Both the position numbers and the translations under genes were made by a program. Shown piece by piece: positions 13,457-23,809 of a DNA stretch of 38,958 nt (positions are counted from its first letter, which is position 1; each line of letters starts with the position of its first letter). The notes beneath the pieces are model-generated. The model did no database searches and had not been told where the DNA came from. It worked only from the letters and a program-made list of their open reading frames with translations. The stretch lies in contig NC_068994.1 in assembly GCF_001194135.2 (NCBI RefSeq), positions 19,366,400-19,405,357 of the forward strand. Reading direction: 5' to 3'. Source of the DNA: Octopus bimaculoides. Its lineage: Eukaryota.

Positions 13457-14106
13457 CACAATTATGTTGATCAGAATTGTTCCTAAAACGCTTTTTTATT
13501 CATTTCTGCACTATTCGTAAATATAGTCCAACCCATGCATGTATGGAAGATGGACGTTAGACAATGATGATGATGTTGTTGGTTAAACTAAGTTCGCAAA
13601 GATCGCAAACAGCAATCTAAGTTTACTTTATAATATTCAGTACACTGTGTTTTTGTTCTTATGGTGTACTGTTGACTACTGTAATTGTTCATTTTAATAA
13701 CGAGGTCAAGCTAATGAGACAGTCACAACATGGTTGCTTAATGTACAAGAAATAGCAAAATCCCATGTTTTATGAAATAAGTTGCTCAACAAAATATCTA
13801 CAATAATGTGATGATAGAAATAACTACAAAGATGTGATGGCAAAAATGTCAACAAAATGTTTCATTTGACCATCTACTACTTTCTCAAACCCTCGCAAGT
13901 AGGACTAACTGAGACTAATCGGCAATACTGACAACCAGCAAACTAGTACACTCAACAATTATCCTATATACTGTATAAACTTTCGGAATATACACAAGAA
14001 TGTTAATTGCTATATAATTATTGAAAGCACACCCTAAAACTAATTTTAAAAATTTCATGCACATTTCATTAATTTTCTTTCTATTTTTGTTTTATGTTCT
14101 AAGATT

Positions 14107-14575
14107 ATTGCTGGAGTGCTACAAGAAGAAACTCTAGGACTGCACCATTTTATCAGATTATCTGAATAAAAAGACCTCTTCAGGTCTGCAGTTGAATTAA
14201 TTTTAGTTTATAGTTTTATAATATGGACACTTAACAGCTCCCATACAGAAAATTCTGAATGGGATGTATATCAGATTGCTCAATGCTGTTCTAAAAATCT
14301 CATGGTGTGAACACATGACTAACAAAGAGCTACACAATATATCACAGAAACAATATGAAAGCACAGGCTGAAATTTATTGGTTACTGCTGGCATAACAAG
14401 GAGGAGTTAGTGGCTGAAGTTCTCCTGTGACAACCTTCTGAGAGAAAACAGGGAAAAAGTAGACCAGCAAAAATCTACATCAACCATCAGCTAGAAGAAA
14501 CTGAATGCACTATCCAAGAGCTTAAAAAATGCCATGGATGACAGAGATGAATGGAAGGCGTGTATTAGGAATGCC
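14107..14575 (+). mobile_element. Decayed RTE-type LINE ORF2 fragment (internally deleted)
   Basis: Frameshifted translation gives IAGVLQEETL (cf. GVLQGDTLAP), then DLFRSAVELILVY..WTL, RLLNAVLKISWCEHMTNKELH, HRLKFIGYCWHNKEELVAEVLL, GKSRPAKIYI, MDDRDEWK. This is the RT C-terminal/thumb region typical of RTE LINEs. Confidence 0.75.
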
Positions 14576-15707
14576 ATAAAATTTTCCATCTATTAACTAA
14601 TTATATTTTAAGCTGGGTGTTGCCTTTACTATATGCTTCTATCTACATAACTGCCTATTTACATATTTATCAATTATATGACATACAAACGTGTGTGGCG
14701 TGAGTGTGTATGAATGTATGTATGCCTACTGTTGTAGTTTTAATCACCCCTTCCTTCCAGCCATGCAAAAACATCCAAGTAAGCTGCTTCAATAATTATG
14801 ATCAAAATAACTTCAGTTAGGGATGAAGCAATGTAGTTAATGTGTAGGTAAACAAACTCAACTTGTCTAACTTGTCAACATATGACCAAATTAAAAATGT
14901 CAGACTAACAGCCAGGGAGATGGTGTTTCATATCCAATTACTGGCTCGGAATAGTGGCCAAGACATCTGACACCCATGTATCCATCCAGTTAGTAGTTGT
15001 AAATACTTCAGTGTAAGTATAAGTATATGGTTGTAATCAGCTGGATCAGTGTTACATGTTGTGTCAGCTTGCAGTGCTGATCTCCAGTCCCAACGATAAG
15101 GCTTACAGAAAGTACAACAGGAATCCACTCAATTGTAAAACCTCTGAGAATGTTTCAGATTCCTTATCTACAGTCACCAAGCTATGTTTATAAATGAACA
15201 GTGAATCCTAATATTGTGAAAGCATGATCAAAAACTAATAAATACTAAATAGCAAAACTAGGGTTGTTGATGATTTAATTCCATCCCACAATTATGTGAA
15301 AGTATATGTGAGATTATTTTTCATGATGATGATGATGATAATGATGGCAGCAATGTTTGTACTGAATCTCTTTTGTATTTTCCAAATTAACTTCTTTCTC
15401 CTTGTTAATATCATGATTCCCAACATTATCCTCATTTCATCCCAAGGCCCCAGCCATGCCATTCTCATCTTTATCATTTTCATTGATCACTTTTATGGCT
15501 AGAATGAAAATGGTAAGAACGATAAAGGCAGAAAAAAGTACTAACTTCATATCTTGGCCTAATCATTTCATAAAATCAATAAGAATATATGCATTCATAC
15601 ATATATATCTCAAGTTTCCTCCCAAGCCCAGCCAATATAGAGAAATTGAACTGATAGTGTTCACAGATTAATGTATTTCTTTATGTGTATATTGCATGTA
15701 TGAATAA

Positions 15708-15708
<1 letters not shown>

Positions 15709-15753
<45 letters not shown>

Positions 15754-15862
15754 GTATACACACACACACACACACACGTATGCATGCATGTATGTATGCA
15801 TGTATATGTGTGTGTGTGTATGTTTGTGTTTCCTTACCACATACATATATGTATATATATAC
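15709..15862. repeat. Compound (TG)n-(TA)n-(CA)n microsatellite
   Basis: Seen directly. Confidence 0.95.
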
Positions 15863-15968
15863 ACAAAAGGCCTTTTGTTTCTGTCTACAAGATCCACTCA
15901 CAAGGCTTTAGTTGGCTGAGAGCTATAGTAGAAGTCATTTGCCAAGGCCAGTGTGATTGGGAACCATA
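15863..15968 (-). mobile_element. SINE family A fragment
   Basis: GTCTACAAGATCCACTCACAAGGCTTT...GCTATAGTAGAAG matches family A. Confidence 0.7.
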
Positions 15969-15983
15969 CCTGCAATTTATATA

Positions 15984-16311
15984 TGTTGTAGCGAAAATGG
16001 TACTCCCCTTCCTACATGACAAGCCAGACACTATAAAGTCAGACAGATAGTCAGTTGTAGGAAGCCAGTAGCAGAAGAGTCGTTGTTTGAGTTCTCAGCT
16101 GGAGTCAATGTCAGTTACGTGTTATATACAAGTTTGAGTTACCGTCAAGGTAGACGTTTCAAAATCATTGTCTTGCAGAGCTATCAGCGATAGTACAATA
16201 GGTGAATCAAAGATAATAACATGCAGAATACTACCACAACATAATAGTGGTGACAAGAATATTACAGTGCCAACAATAACATACAAGTGGATGAGGATCC
16301 ACATTATAACA
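15984..16311 (+). repeat. Putative 5' LTR
   Basis: Starts TGTTGTA and ends TATAACA (6/7 inverted), 1 nt before a PBS. The true end may instead be ~16241-16246 because the LTR-end/PBS junction is duplicated. Confidence 0.6.
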
Positions 16312-16312
16312 G

Positions 16313-16325
16313 TGGTGATGAGGAT
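16313..16325 (+). promoter_or_regulatory. Primer-binding site, tRNA-Ser(GCU) type
   Basis: TGGTGATGAGGAT equals TGGCGACGAGGAT (complement of the metazoan tRNA-Ser(GCU) 3' end) with two CpG transitions. Confidence 0.75.
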
Positions 16326-16495
16326 ATAAACAATTCATGCAGACAACATTGGAAAAAAAAAAAATTTTTTTTGATAAGAAAATAAACAATTCATGTGGAT
16401 GACGTTGAAAAATTTTCATGTGGAGAAATTAAAAACTCAACAGAAGAGTAACTAGCATTTTTGTTGTACATATTTTATGAAAAATCCGTAAAATT

Positions 16496-17360
16496 ATGGA
16501 AAACTTGTTAGAGTGTCTAGTTGAGTTGCAAAAACAACAACAACAACTCAAAGAACAAATGTTACAGCAACAAATGCTACAGCTAATGAAGTTGGTAACA
16601 AAACATGTTGGTTTTCGCCAGACCATGTAGCAAATTCGATAAATGAATTGAAATATGACCTGGAAGAAGGAGTCACCTTCGAGACATATTACCAAAGGTT
16701 TGAACAAATTCTCAAAAAAGAATGCTAAGATTGGACAGACAAAATGAAAATGCGGGAACTGGCAATAACAGAGCACAAAAAGTACTGTAACTTTATATTG
16801 CCAAAAAAGTTTCTGACATTGACACAACTGACATTTTATGCAGGATGTTTAGTGAAAAAACATCGTTGTTCAACACACATTGGAAGTGTTTGAACCCTGA
16901 GAAAAGCGATGACAAAGACTTTACCACATATGCGGGTAGAGTGAACAGAGAGTGCAAGAGATTTAAACTGGATAAACTAACTCCAAACTAAATCAAATGC
17001 CTGATTTCTGTTCAGGGACTTACTGCTAAAAAGGATGCAGAAGTCAGAATGAAAATTCTCACAAAGCTGGAAATGAACCAGGATATAACTCTCCAGAAAC
17101 TGTCAGAAGAGGGCGATATGATATTAAGAATAAGGCACAACACAAAGGAAACACAATGCAGAGATTGTTTACAGATAAAAACCAGTCTGGAAGAATAGGA
17201 AGATGGATCAAGTGTTTCACAAAAAACACATTATACAACAGGAGATAAACCCATGTATGGCATGCAGTGGTAGGTACCTGAGGAAAGAGTGTCCATTCAA
17301 AAAAGCAAAGTGGTTTCATTGTGGAAACACAGGACATATTAAATCGCACTGCAGAACTAA
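16496..17360 (+). pseudogene. Gypsy gag (disrupted)
   Basis: MENLLECLVELQKQQQQ..., YDLEEGVTFETYYQRFE, FSEKTSLFNTHWKCLN, KCLISVQGL..KDAEVRMKILTKLE, and a degenerate zinc knuckle WFHCGNTGHIKSHCR. Confidence 0.85.
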
Positions 17361-17431
17361 GATGACAAAAAATTAGACCAAACGAGAAAAAATAAATAGT
17401 TTGTCATCAGAGAAAAAAAGCTTGTACAACA

Positions 17432-17700
17432 AACAGAAAATTCATCAAGGTGAGAATTGAAACCACTGGAGTCAAAATGCAATTAAACACGGGTAGTGAT
17501 ATCACTATCATAAATGAAGAAACATGGTGACAAATCGGCAAGCTGAAATTATTTAAATCAAATAAAGTAGCATATTGTGTTACAGGAAAGAAATTATATT
17601 TCATCAGTGAATGCATTTGCAATGTAACTTTTTCAGGTGAAATGAAAAGGACAATTATTTATATGTTGAAAATTTCACTAAACCTATTTGGCACAGAATA
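17432..17700 (+). pseudogene. Gypsy aspartic protease (inactive)
   Basis: RKFIKVRIETTGVKMQLNTGSDITIINEETW*; the DTG motif reads NTG. Confidence 0.85.
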
Positions 17701-17849
17701 CACAGAGTTATTTAAAATGTCAGATACCCCCATTAGTATTTTCTGTGAAAATGTAGTTGGCACAGATAAAAATTTGAATGAAGTCACCCAACTGAAAGAA
17801 AAAATTTAAAAATTGTTTCCAAATGTCTTTTTAGAAGGGTTGGGCTGCT

Positions 17850-18520
17850 GCACTAAAACAAAAGTGAAGATCACGGTAAAAGAAAAGGCAACACCCATTT
17901 TTAGGCCCAAACAGAACGTTTGCAGCGTTAGACCATGTCAATAAAGAACTGGAAAAGCTAGAAAGTCAAGCTATAATTGAAAAAGTTGACCATTCAGATT
18001 GGGCATTTCCAACGGTTTATGTAAAGAAAACAATATGATAAACTAAGAATGTGTGCAGACTTTTCAACTGGATCAAATGACTGTTTAGTCAAACACAATT
18101 ATCCATTACCAAGCCCTGAAGAAGTGTTCTCAAAACTAAATGAAGGAAAATTTTTCTCAAAGTTAGACCCCTTGGAGGCCTATCTACAGATACAGGTAGA
18201 GAAAGATTGCGCACACCTTTTAACAATCAACATACATCATGGATTGTATAAATTCAAATGGCTTCTTTTTGGAATAAAAGTGGCACCTGCCATATTCCAA
18301 CAAGTAATGGACGCAATGTTAAATGATTGCAACTTCACTATCGCTTATCTCAATGATATTTTGATAAAGAGTGAGTCAGTGGAGAAACACTTCAAACATA
18401 TTAAAAAAGTATTCGAAAAAAAATAAATATGGGTTTAGACTAACTGAGGAAAAGTGTAAATTTTTTATGAAAAAAATCAAATATTTAAGTCAAGTAACTG
18501 ACGAAAGGGGGACAAAAGCC
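17850..18520 (+). pseudogene. Gypsy reverse transcriptase (inactive)
   Basis: KELEKLESQAIIEKVDHSDWAFP, MCADFSTG, YPLPSPEE, FSKLD..EAYLQI, FGIKVAPAIFQQVMD, AYLND (YLDD decayed); includes ORF 18049-18426. Confidence 0.92.
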
Positions 18521-18739
18521 AGACCCATCAAGGGTGATGGCAATATGGGATACGCCATCCTTAATGAACATCAAATCGTTACAAGCATTTTCAGACTTAG
18601 TAAACTACTATTAAGTACATATCCTGAACATACACAACACAAGGGCTCCACTAAATGAGCTGTTAAAAAAGAATGCCAAATGGTTTTGGTTAGAAAAATG
18701 CGAAAAGGCATTTGAGGAACTAAAAAGCATGTTATCTTC

Positions 18740-19150
18740 AGATTTGTCACTTACATACTTCCATCCAAAGTTGGAAATGATACTGGCAAAAGGTGCTAGT
18801 GAGTACAGAGTAGGTGCCATACTCCTACACAAATGTGAAGATGGCAGCCAAAAGGCCATAGCTCACACATCATAGACGTTATTGCGAGTGTAAAATAATT
18901 ATAGCCAAATTGAAAAAGAGACAGTGGCGATTATATTTGGCATAAAAAAGTTCCACAAGTTTATACATGACAGATAATTTAGACTACAAACAGTCCATTG
19001 CCTGTTGCTAACAATTTATGGATCCAAGAAATGAATCCCAGTACATACAGCAAATAGGTTGCAGCAATGGGGCACCATACTACTAAACTACACCTATGCA
19101 ATGGAATATTTATCTTTGTAAAAGCTAGGACATGCTGACGGCTTATCCAG
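18740..19150 (+). pseudogene. Gypsy RNase H (inactive)
   Basis: LAKGASEYRVGAILLH (DAS reads GAS), NYSQIEKETVAIIFGIKKFHKFI, RLQQWG..LLNY, GHADGLSRL. Confidence 0.88.
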
Positions 19151-19399
19151 GTTATTACTCAGAAATGGCAAACCATTTGAGGACACAATAATAGCAGCCC
19201 TAAGAGCCGAAGGGGAAATTAAACACAATGTGGAACCTTGTTTGAGAGTTACTAATGACTCTGAGGAGATAAAGCGATATGCGTCAAAAGATAAGTTCAT
19301 TAATGAAACAAAATAAACTCTGTGATCAGCTAAAGAAAACAAAAATAGGTTCAGCAAAACAAAACAGCAAAAGGTAAACATGTATACAACATGTTACGG

Positions 19400-19566
19400 C
19401 ATACTGATGTATGGTCAAAGGGTAGAGATACCTGAGACTTTACAAAAAGAATGTTGAAAGAATTTCATATTGGACATCCAGGAATCATAAGGATGAAAAC
19501 ATTTATGCGCAGTTATGTGTATTGGCCAAAGATGGACAAGGAAGTTGAAAACATAGTAAAAGGCTG
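19400..19566 (+). pseudogene. Gypsy integrase N-terminal zinc-binding region, truncated
   Basis: GQRVEIPETLQK..LKEFHIGHPGIIRMKTFMRSYVYWPKMDKEVENIVKG*; sequence then breaks into (TG)n. Confidence 0.85.
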
Positions 19567-19580
19567 ATTTTTGATTTGCA

Positions 19581-19624
<44 letters not shown>

Positions 19625-19997
19625 GCGTGTGTGTGTGTGAAGAATTAAAAAGAAAACATAGTTGCTTGATTAACAAGGTTAATATAGGGTTTTCTTTTAG
19701 ATATTCTCTATTCTTGGCCACAGATAAAAAAAAATAAGACTTTCACAAACATTGTGTTTCAATTTTCTATACAAACATTGTGCTGTGCCTTTTTTTACAC
19801 TCTTCAAAGACTCTTCAGAAACCACTTTACTTTTAACTTCCAACAAGAATAAAAATTATTAGAATTTAAGAAATCTCAACATTACACATGCATAATGTTG
19901 CTTTGTATGTGAACATGTGTGCCATGTTAGTACATGCATAAATATATGTAACAATATGAATATAATAAATGTAAACACAAAAGGAATAATAAATAAT

Positions 19998-20406
19998 TTG
20001 CAACACTTTTTGTTGGATCTCAGAAAGGTCATTTAATTGATAAAGGTTTTGCTTCATTTCTTTAATTAGTTAACCAATTAAATCGTTTGGTCAATTCATC
20101 AGTTAGGTTTGTCAAAGTCCTTCTGTGGTCATTTGCAATCTCACTAATGATAAGCTGTCTCTACTCCAGGTCTAGACCTGAAGTAGACATGGAGTAGAGA
20201 GGGTATCTCATTGATGAGAATTGCAAATGGCAATGAAAGGACATTGACAAACATAGTAGACTGACTGATTGACTAAACAATTGATTAGTTAATTCATTAA
20301 ATGATTAACCAATTGACTAATAATGATAAAGGAAGTGAAACAGAACCAATCCATGTATTTATTATTGGCATAATGACCCTCCTGAGACAAACAAAATATG
20401 TTTCAA
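19998..20406. mobile_element. Foldback element, ~400 bp
   Basis: Arms pair around a 9-nt apex (20175-20183), e.g. TTTGTCAAAGTCC...CATTTGCAATCTCA...CTCTACTCCA vs TGGAGTAGAG...TGAGAATTGCAAATG...GGACATTGACAAA; outer CTCAGAAAGGTCATT / AATGACCCTCCTGAG. Confidence 0.7.
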
Positions 20407-20488
20407 CACAAAGATTTGCATCAAGAATCTAGCAAGCCAAATACAAAAATTGAAACACTTATTTTCCCATTGGGTTCTCATCAGAGGC

Positions 20489-20543
<55 letters not shown>

Positions 20544-20786
20544 ATAAGAAATTGAGCTGAATGTATCTCAAACAGAGTCTTCTCGTCTTCTTGAGGACAA
20601 AAAGGAGTGAGGAAAAAATGTATGAGACAAAATGTATAAACATGGACCAAAAAAGTCAGGAATCATATTACATAGAAAAACACCTGCCCAAGATACAGTT
20701 CAGCCTGAGTGAGCCCAAGACCATGATGTGCTTGCAAAGAAACTTAACCACACAGCAATGAAATATATATATTTTTTTCCTTCAAG

Positions 20787-21137
20787 CATGACTGCATGTT
20801 AATAAGCTTGCTTCCCTATCACATGGTTCGAGGTTCAATCCCACTGGGCAAGCAAGTGACTTCTTTTATAGCCTCTAGGTAACCAAAGCCTTGTGAATGG
20901 ATTTGGTAGACAAAATCTAATAGAAGCCCACCATATATATATCTATGTGTGTGTGTCTTTGTATTTGTTTGTCCCCACTGCCAATTGACAACTGATATTG
21001 GTGTGTTTACATCTCTGTAACTTAGCAGTTCAGCAAAAGGAACTGATAGAAAAGTTCTGGGATCGATTCATTTGACTAAAATTCTTCAAGGGGTACCCCA
21101 GCATGGCTCACGAGTGAAACAAGTAAAAGGTAAAAGA
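20787..21137 (+). mobile_element. SINE family A, full length
   Basis: tRNA-like head with B-box-like GGTTCAATCC; collinear with 29964-30362; TAAAAG(A) tail. Confidence 0.85.
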
Positions 21138-21228
21138 CAAACTGGCTACTTTTAAATAGCTTTACTAGAAACACACATTTGAAAGAAAAGTAGTACCATT
21201 AACATTTAAAAATGGAGTACATCTAGCA

Positions 21229-21528
21229 AAGGCCCTGGCTGTTAATTGGAAGGCTTGGAGATACATGTGTGATGCTGGAGTAGAGCGCTTTGAAACCACA
21301 CACAGGAGATTGTATGAAGAGAAGAAGAGATGTTGTCATTAAGTCCCTGCAGTTGTTGTTCGGGGTCACTTTCAGTGCCTTCAGTGCAACAGGATCTGCC
21401 CATCTTGCATCAGTTTTGTCTGCCACATCCACTCCCATGAGAAACAATGTGCAGTAGGTGGAGGAGGATGAATATCTTGGATCGGCACTGTCATCACTTT
21501 TGATGGGCTGCCATAAGCAAGTGAAGTA
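21229..21528 (+). mobile_element. 5'-truncated RTE-type LINE 3' end with 13-bp TSD
   Basis: TSD AGTACATCTAGCA at 21216-21228 and 21529-21541; translation ALAVNWKAWRYMCDAGVERFE and C2H2-like FQCLQCNRICPSCISFVCHIHSH; AAGC/AAGT-type tail. Confidence 0.85.
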
Positions 21529-21910
21529 AGTACATCTAGCAGAATGGAATGCAAAGAGATCACAACCCGACTCAATGTTTTAGATTTAAAAAAAAAAAAA
21601 AAAAATTAAATAAACAGGAAAATGTTGTATTGTATAAAGTCATGAAAAACCCAGTGTTTAGGAATTGTTACAGAAGAAACAGAGAAAGAAATGTGTTAAA
21701 GTCTAACAAACTCACAATTTCACATGAGTGCTATGTGTATTTAAATATCCTCTTAATACTACTAACAAGTTTCTGATATTGTCATTAATTTATTTCATTT
21801 GCAGCAAAGTATTAGTAAAGGAAAATGTGTGTCTGTACACACACACACTAATATGCATGCACAATACAATTTAGTCATTCACTCTCAAAAGCTGAAATTC
21901 CATTCCATCA

Positions 21911-21978
21911 TTACTCTAACTTTCCTGCTTCTATCATGTTCCTTGAAGAACATGATAGAAACAGGAAAATTGGAGTAG
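21911..21978. other. 68-nt near-perfect hairpin (tiny MITE or pre-miRNA candidate)
   Basis: 31-bp stem (27 Watson-Crick, 2 G-U, 2 mismatches on the + strand) with loop CTTGAA (21942-21947). Confidence 0.6.
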
Positions 21979-22139
21979 TAACAGTATGAAGCATCAGCTT
22001 TGAATGAATAAATATATACATATATATTATATATACTTATGTATCTATTTTTAGATCAGTTTTACAGAGTTAATTGCATGTGTCTTTGTGTATATCATTT
22101 GGTGAGTTTTACAGTTAACTCTCCCTCTCCCCATTGTGG

Positions 22140-22345
22140 GTACTAAGCAACCTCATTGGTGCTGGTGCCACGTGGAAAGCACCCAGCACATTCTATTAAG
22201 TGGTTGGCATTAAAAAGAGCATCTGGCTACAGAAGCCATGCCAAAGCAGACATAGAGCCTGGTAGAGCCCTCTAGCTTATCTGTTCTTGTCAAACCATCC
22301 AACCCACACCAGCATGGAAAAAGGGATGTTAACAAATGATGATGA
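22140..22345 (+). mobile_element. SINE-like family B
   Basis: GTGGTTGGCATTAAAAAGAGCATCTGGCTACAG...CCAACCCACACCAGCATGGAAA...GATGATGAT. Confidence 0.7.
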
Positions 22346-22490
22346 TTGACAATACATATATAATTCAATATTATCTGGGTAACCTTATAGCCTGCTTTCC
22401 AAAGTTCTTCTTCAGATATCGACTACCAGATGCATGCAGTTATGTTGGATCATTAATACAATAATGTGTATAGTATATTTAACTTTCAGC

Positions 22491-22533
22491 AATTACCAGC
22501 TGATACTGAAGTGCCGAAACAATTGTAGTGATT
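22491..22533 (+). other. Decayed minimal hammerhead relic
   Basis: CTGAT-AC-TGAA-GTGCC-GAA-ACAATTGT-A: palindromic stem III and GUA triplet are intact; core and stem II appear to have lost ~6 nt. Confidence 0.4.
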
Positions 22534-23026
22534 AAAAACCTGTTCATTCAATCTTCTCATATTATAATTCTTATATACACACACACATATATGTCTGCAT
22601 ATGTGTGTGCATGTTCTGAGTACAACTTTCAACTGCATCTGGTATGGGAGTTCCAGGGCCTCGAGGAGTGTGGAACCACCTTTTAGCCACTAATGTTTCC
22701 AGATCTACTCTGACCTGAAGTAGTAGTGCCTGTCAGGGTCCTAGCTATGGGTTATCTGGCACTGAGAGTGAAATAACTCTAGTTTTTGTTAGAACCTCCT
22801 TGTAGGAGAAGGTAAACTTGTACAAAAACACCTGAAGCACAGTTGGTTTCTGGTCATCTCAACTTCTGTTGTGCCATTGGTTTTTAATGTTGATTGCAAT
22901 GAAAAGTGGATTCAGTGCTGTGCAACACTTCATCCACTCAAAGCAAATTCATGCACAGGAACTTCATGGACTTACTTGTGCTTAAGAAGTGGTCTTACTC
23001 AGTCATGACTTGACATCCAACCGTCC

Positions 23027-23071
<45 letters not shown>

Positions 23072-23073
23072 TA

Positions 23074-23458
23074 TTGTTGTTGTTGGCACTCCGTCACTTA
23101 CGACGTCAAGGATTCCAGTTGATCCGATCAATGGAACAGCCTGCTCGTGAAATTAACGAGCAAGAGGCTGAGCACTCCACAGACACGTGTACCCTTAAAG
23201 TAGTTCTCGGGGATATTCAGTGTGACACAGTGTGACAAGGCTGACCCTTTGAATTACAGGCACAACAGAAACAGGAAGTAAGAGTGAGAGAAAGTTGTAG
23301 TGAAAGAGTACAGCAGGGTTCACCACCATCCCCTGCTGGAGCCTCATGGAGCTTTAGGTGTTTTCACTCAAGAAACGCTCACAGCGCCCGGTCTGGGAAT
23401 CAAAATCGCGATCCTATGACCGCGAGTCCGCTGCCCTAACCACTGGGCCATTGCGCCT
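23074..23458 (-). mobile_element. tRNA-derived SINE family D (young, CpG-rich)
   Basis: Minus-strand head GGCGCAATGGCCCAGTGGTTAGGGCAGCGGACTCGCGGTC... with A-box TGGCCCAGTGG and degenerate B-box; (AAC)n tail; flanked by (CA)n/(TA)n. Confidence 0.8.
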
Positions 23459-23516
<58 letters not shown>

Positions 23517-23809
23517 ACCCTTTTTGCACCTGTTTCTTCTATGCTAGCAAGGGCTCATGACACTTACAGAGGAAGTATTCTATGAATGAAGATCATTCCT
23601 GTTGCCAATCCTTATTTGTTTTTCAGCAAAGTATTTGTATTCCTCTACTTTTCATGTTTCAAAACTGCCAAACAACAAGGCATATTATTTACATGAGATG
23701 TAAACATGACACTCCTATTATCCAAACAATGTCTGCAAAAAACACACACAATTAAGCATTACTACACATATATGAACATGTATGCATGCACTCACAAACA
23801 CACATGTAT

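Larger units (their letters stand above)
15984..19566 (+). mobile_element. Ty3/Gypsy LTR retrotransposon (Mag/K02A2.6-like), decayed and 3'-truncated
   Basis: 5' LTR, PBS, gag, protease, RT, RNase H and start of integrase in Gypsy order; many stops and frameshifts; no 3' LTR in the window. Confidence 0.92.

Noticed and set aside
15290-15500. Minus-strand acidic/His-rich protein-like frame (NEDNVGNHDINKEKE...HHYHHHHH)
   Set aside because: It has an in-frame stop, the His run comes from a (GAT)n microsatellite, and there are no splice signals.
16234-16425. CRISPR-like repeat-spacer appearance
   Set aside because: Eukaryotic LTR context; the repeats are a tRNA-Ser PBS, spacers are irregular and there are no cas genes. 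Reported instead as a PBS array.
20455-20492. Minus-strand CTGATGAGAACCCAATGGGAAAA hammerhead-like string
   Set aside because: No stem III/NUH and no stem I partner.
22378-22425. Minus-strand CTGAAGA...GAAAGCAGGCTA hammerhead-like string
   Set aside because: Stem I does not pair and stem II is weak.
22630-23010. GC-richer segment resembling a SINE body plus an RTE 5' UTR (possible HDV-like ribozyme)
   Set aside because: Probably repeat-derived, but I could not build the nested double pseudoknot or define boundaries.
23386-23458. Possible tRNA gene
   Set aside because: It has a degenerate B-box and no proper acceptor stem, and continues into a SINE body with an (AAC)n tail, so it is a SINE head.
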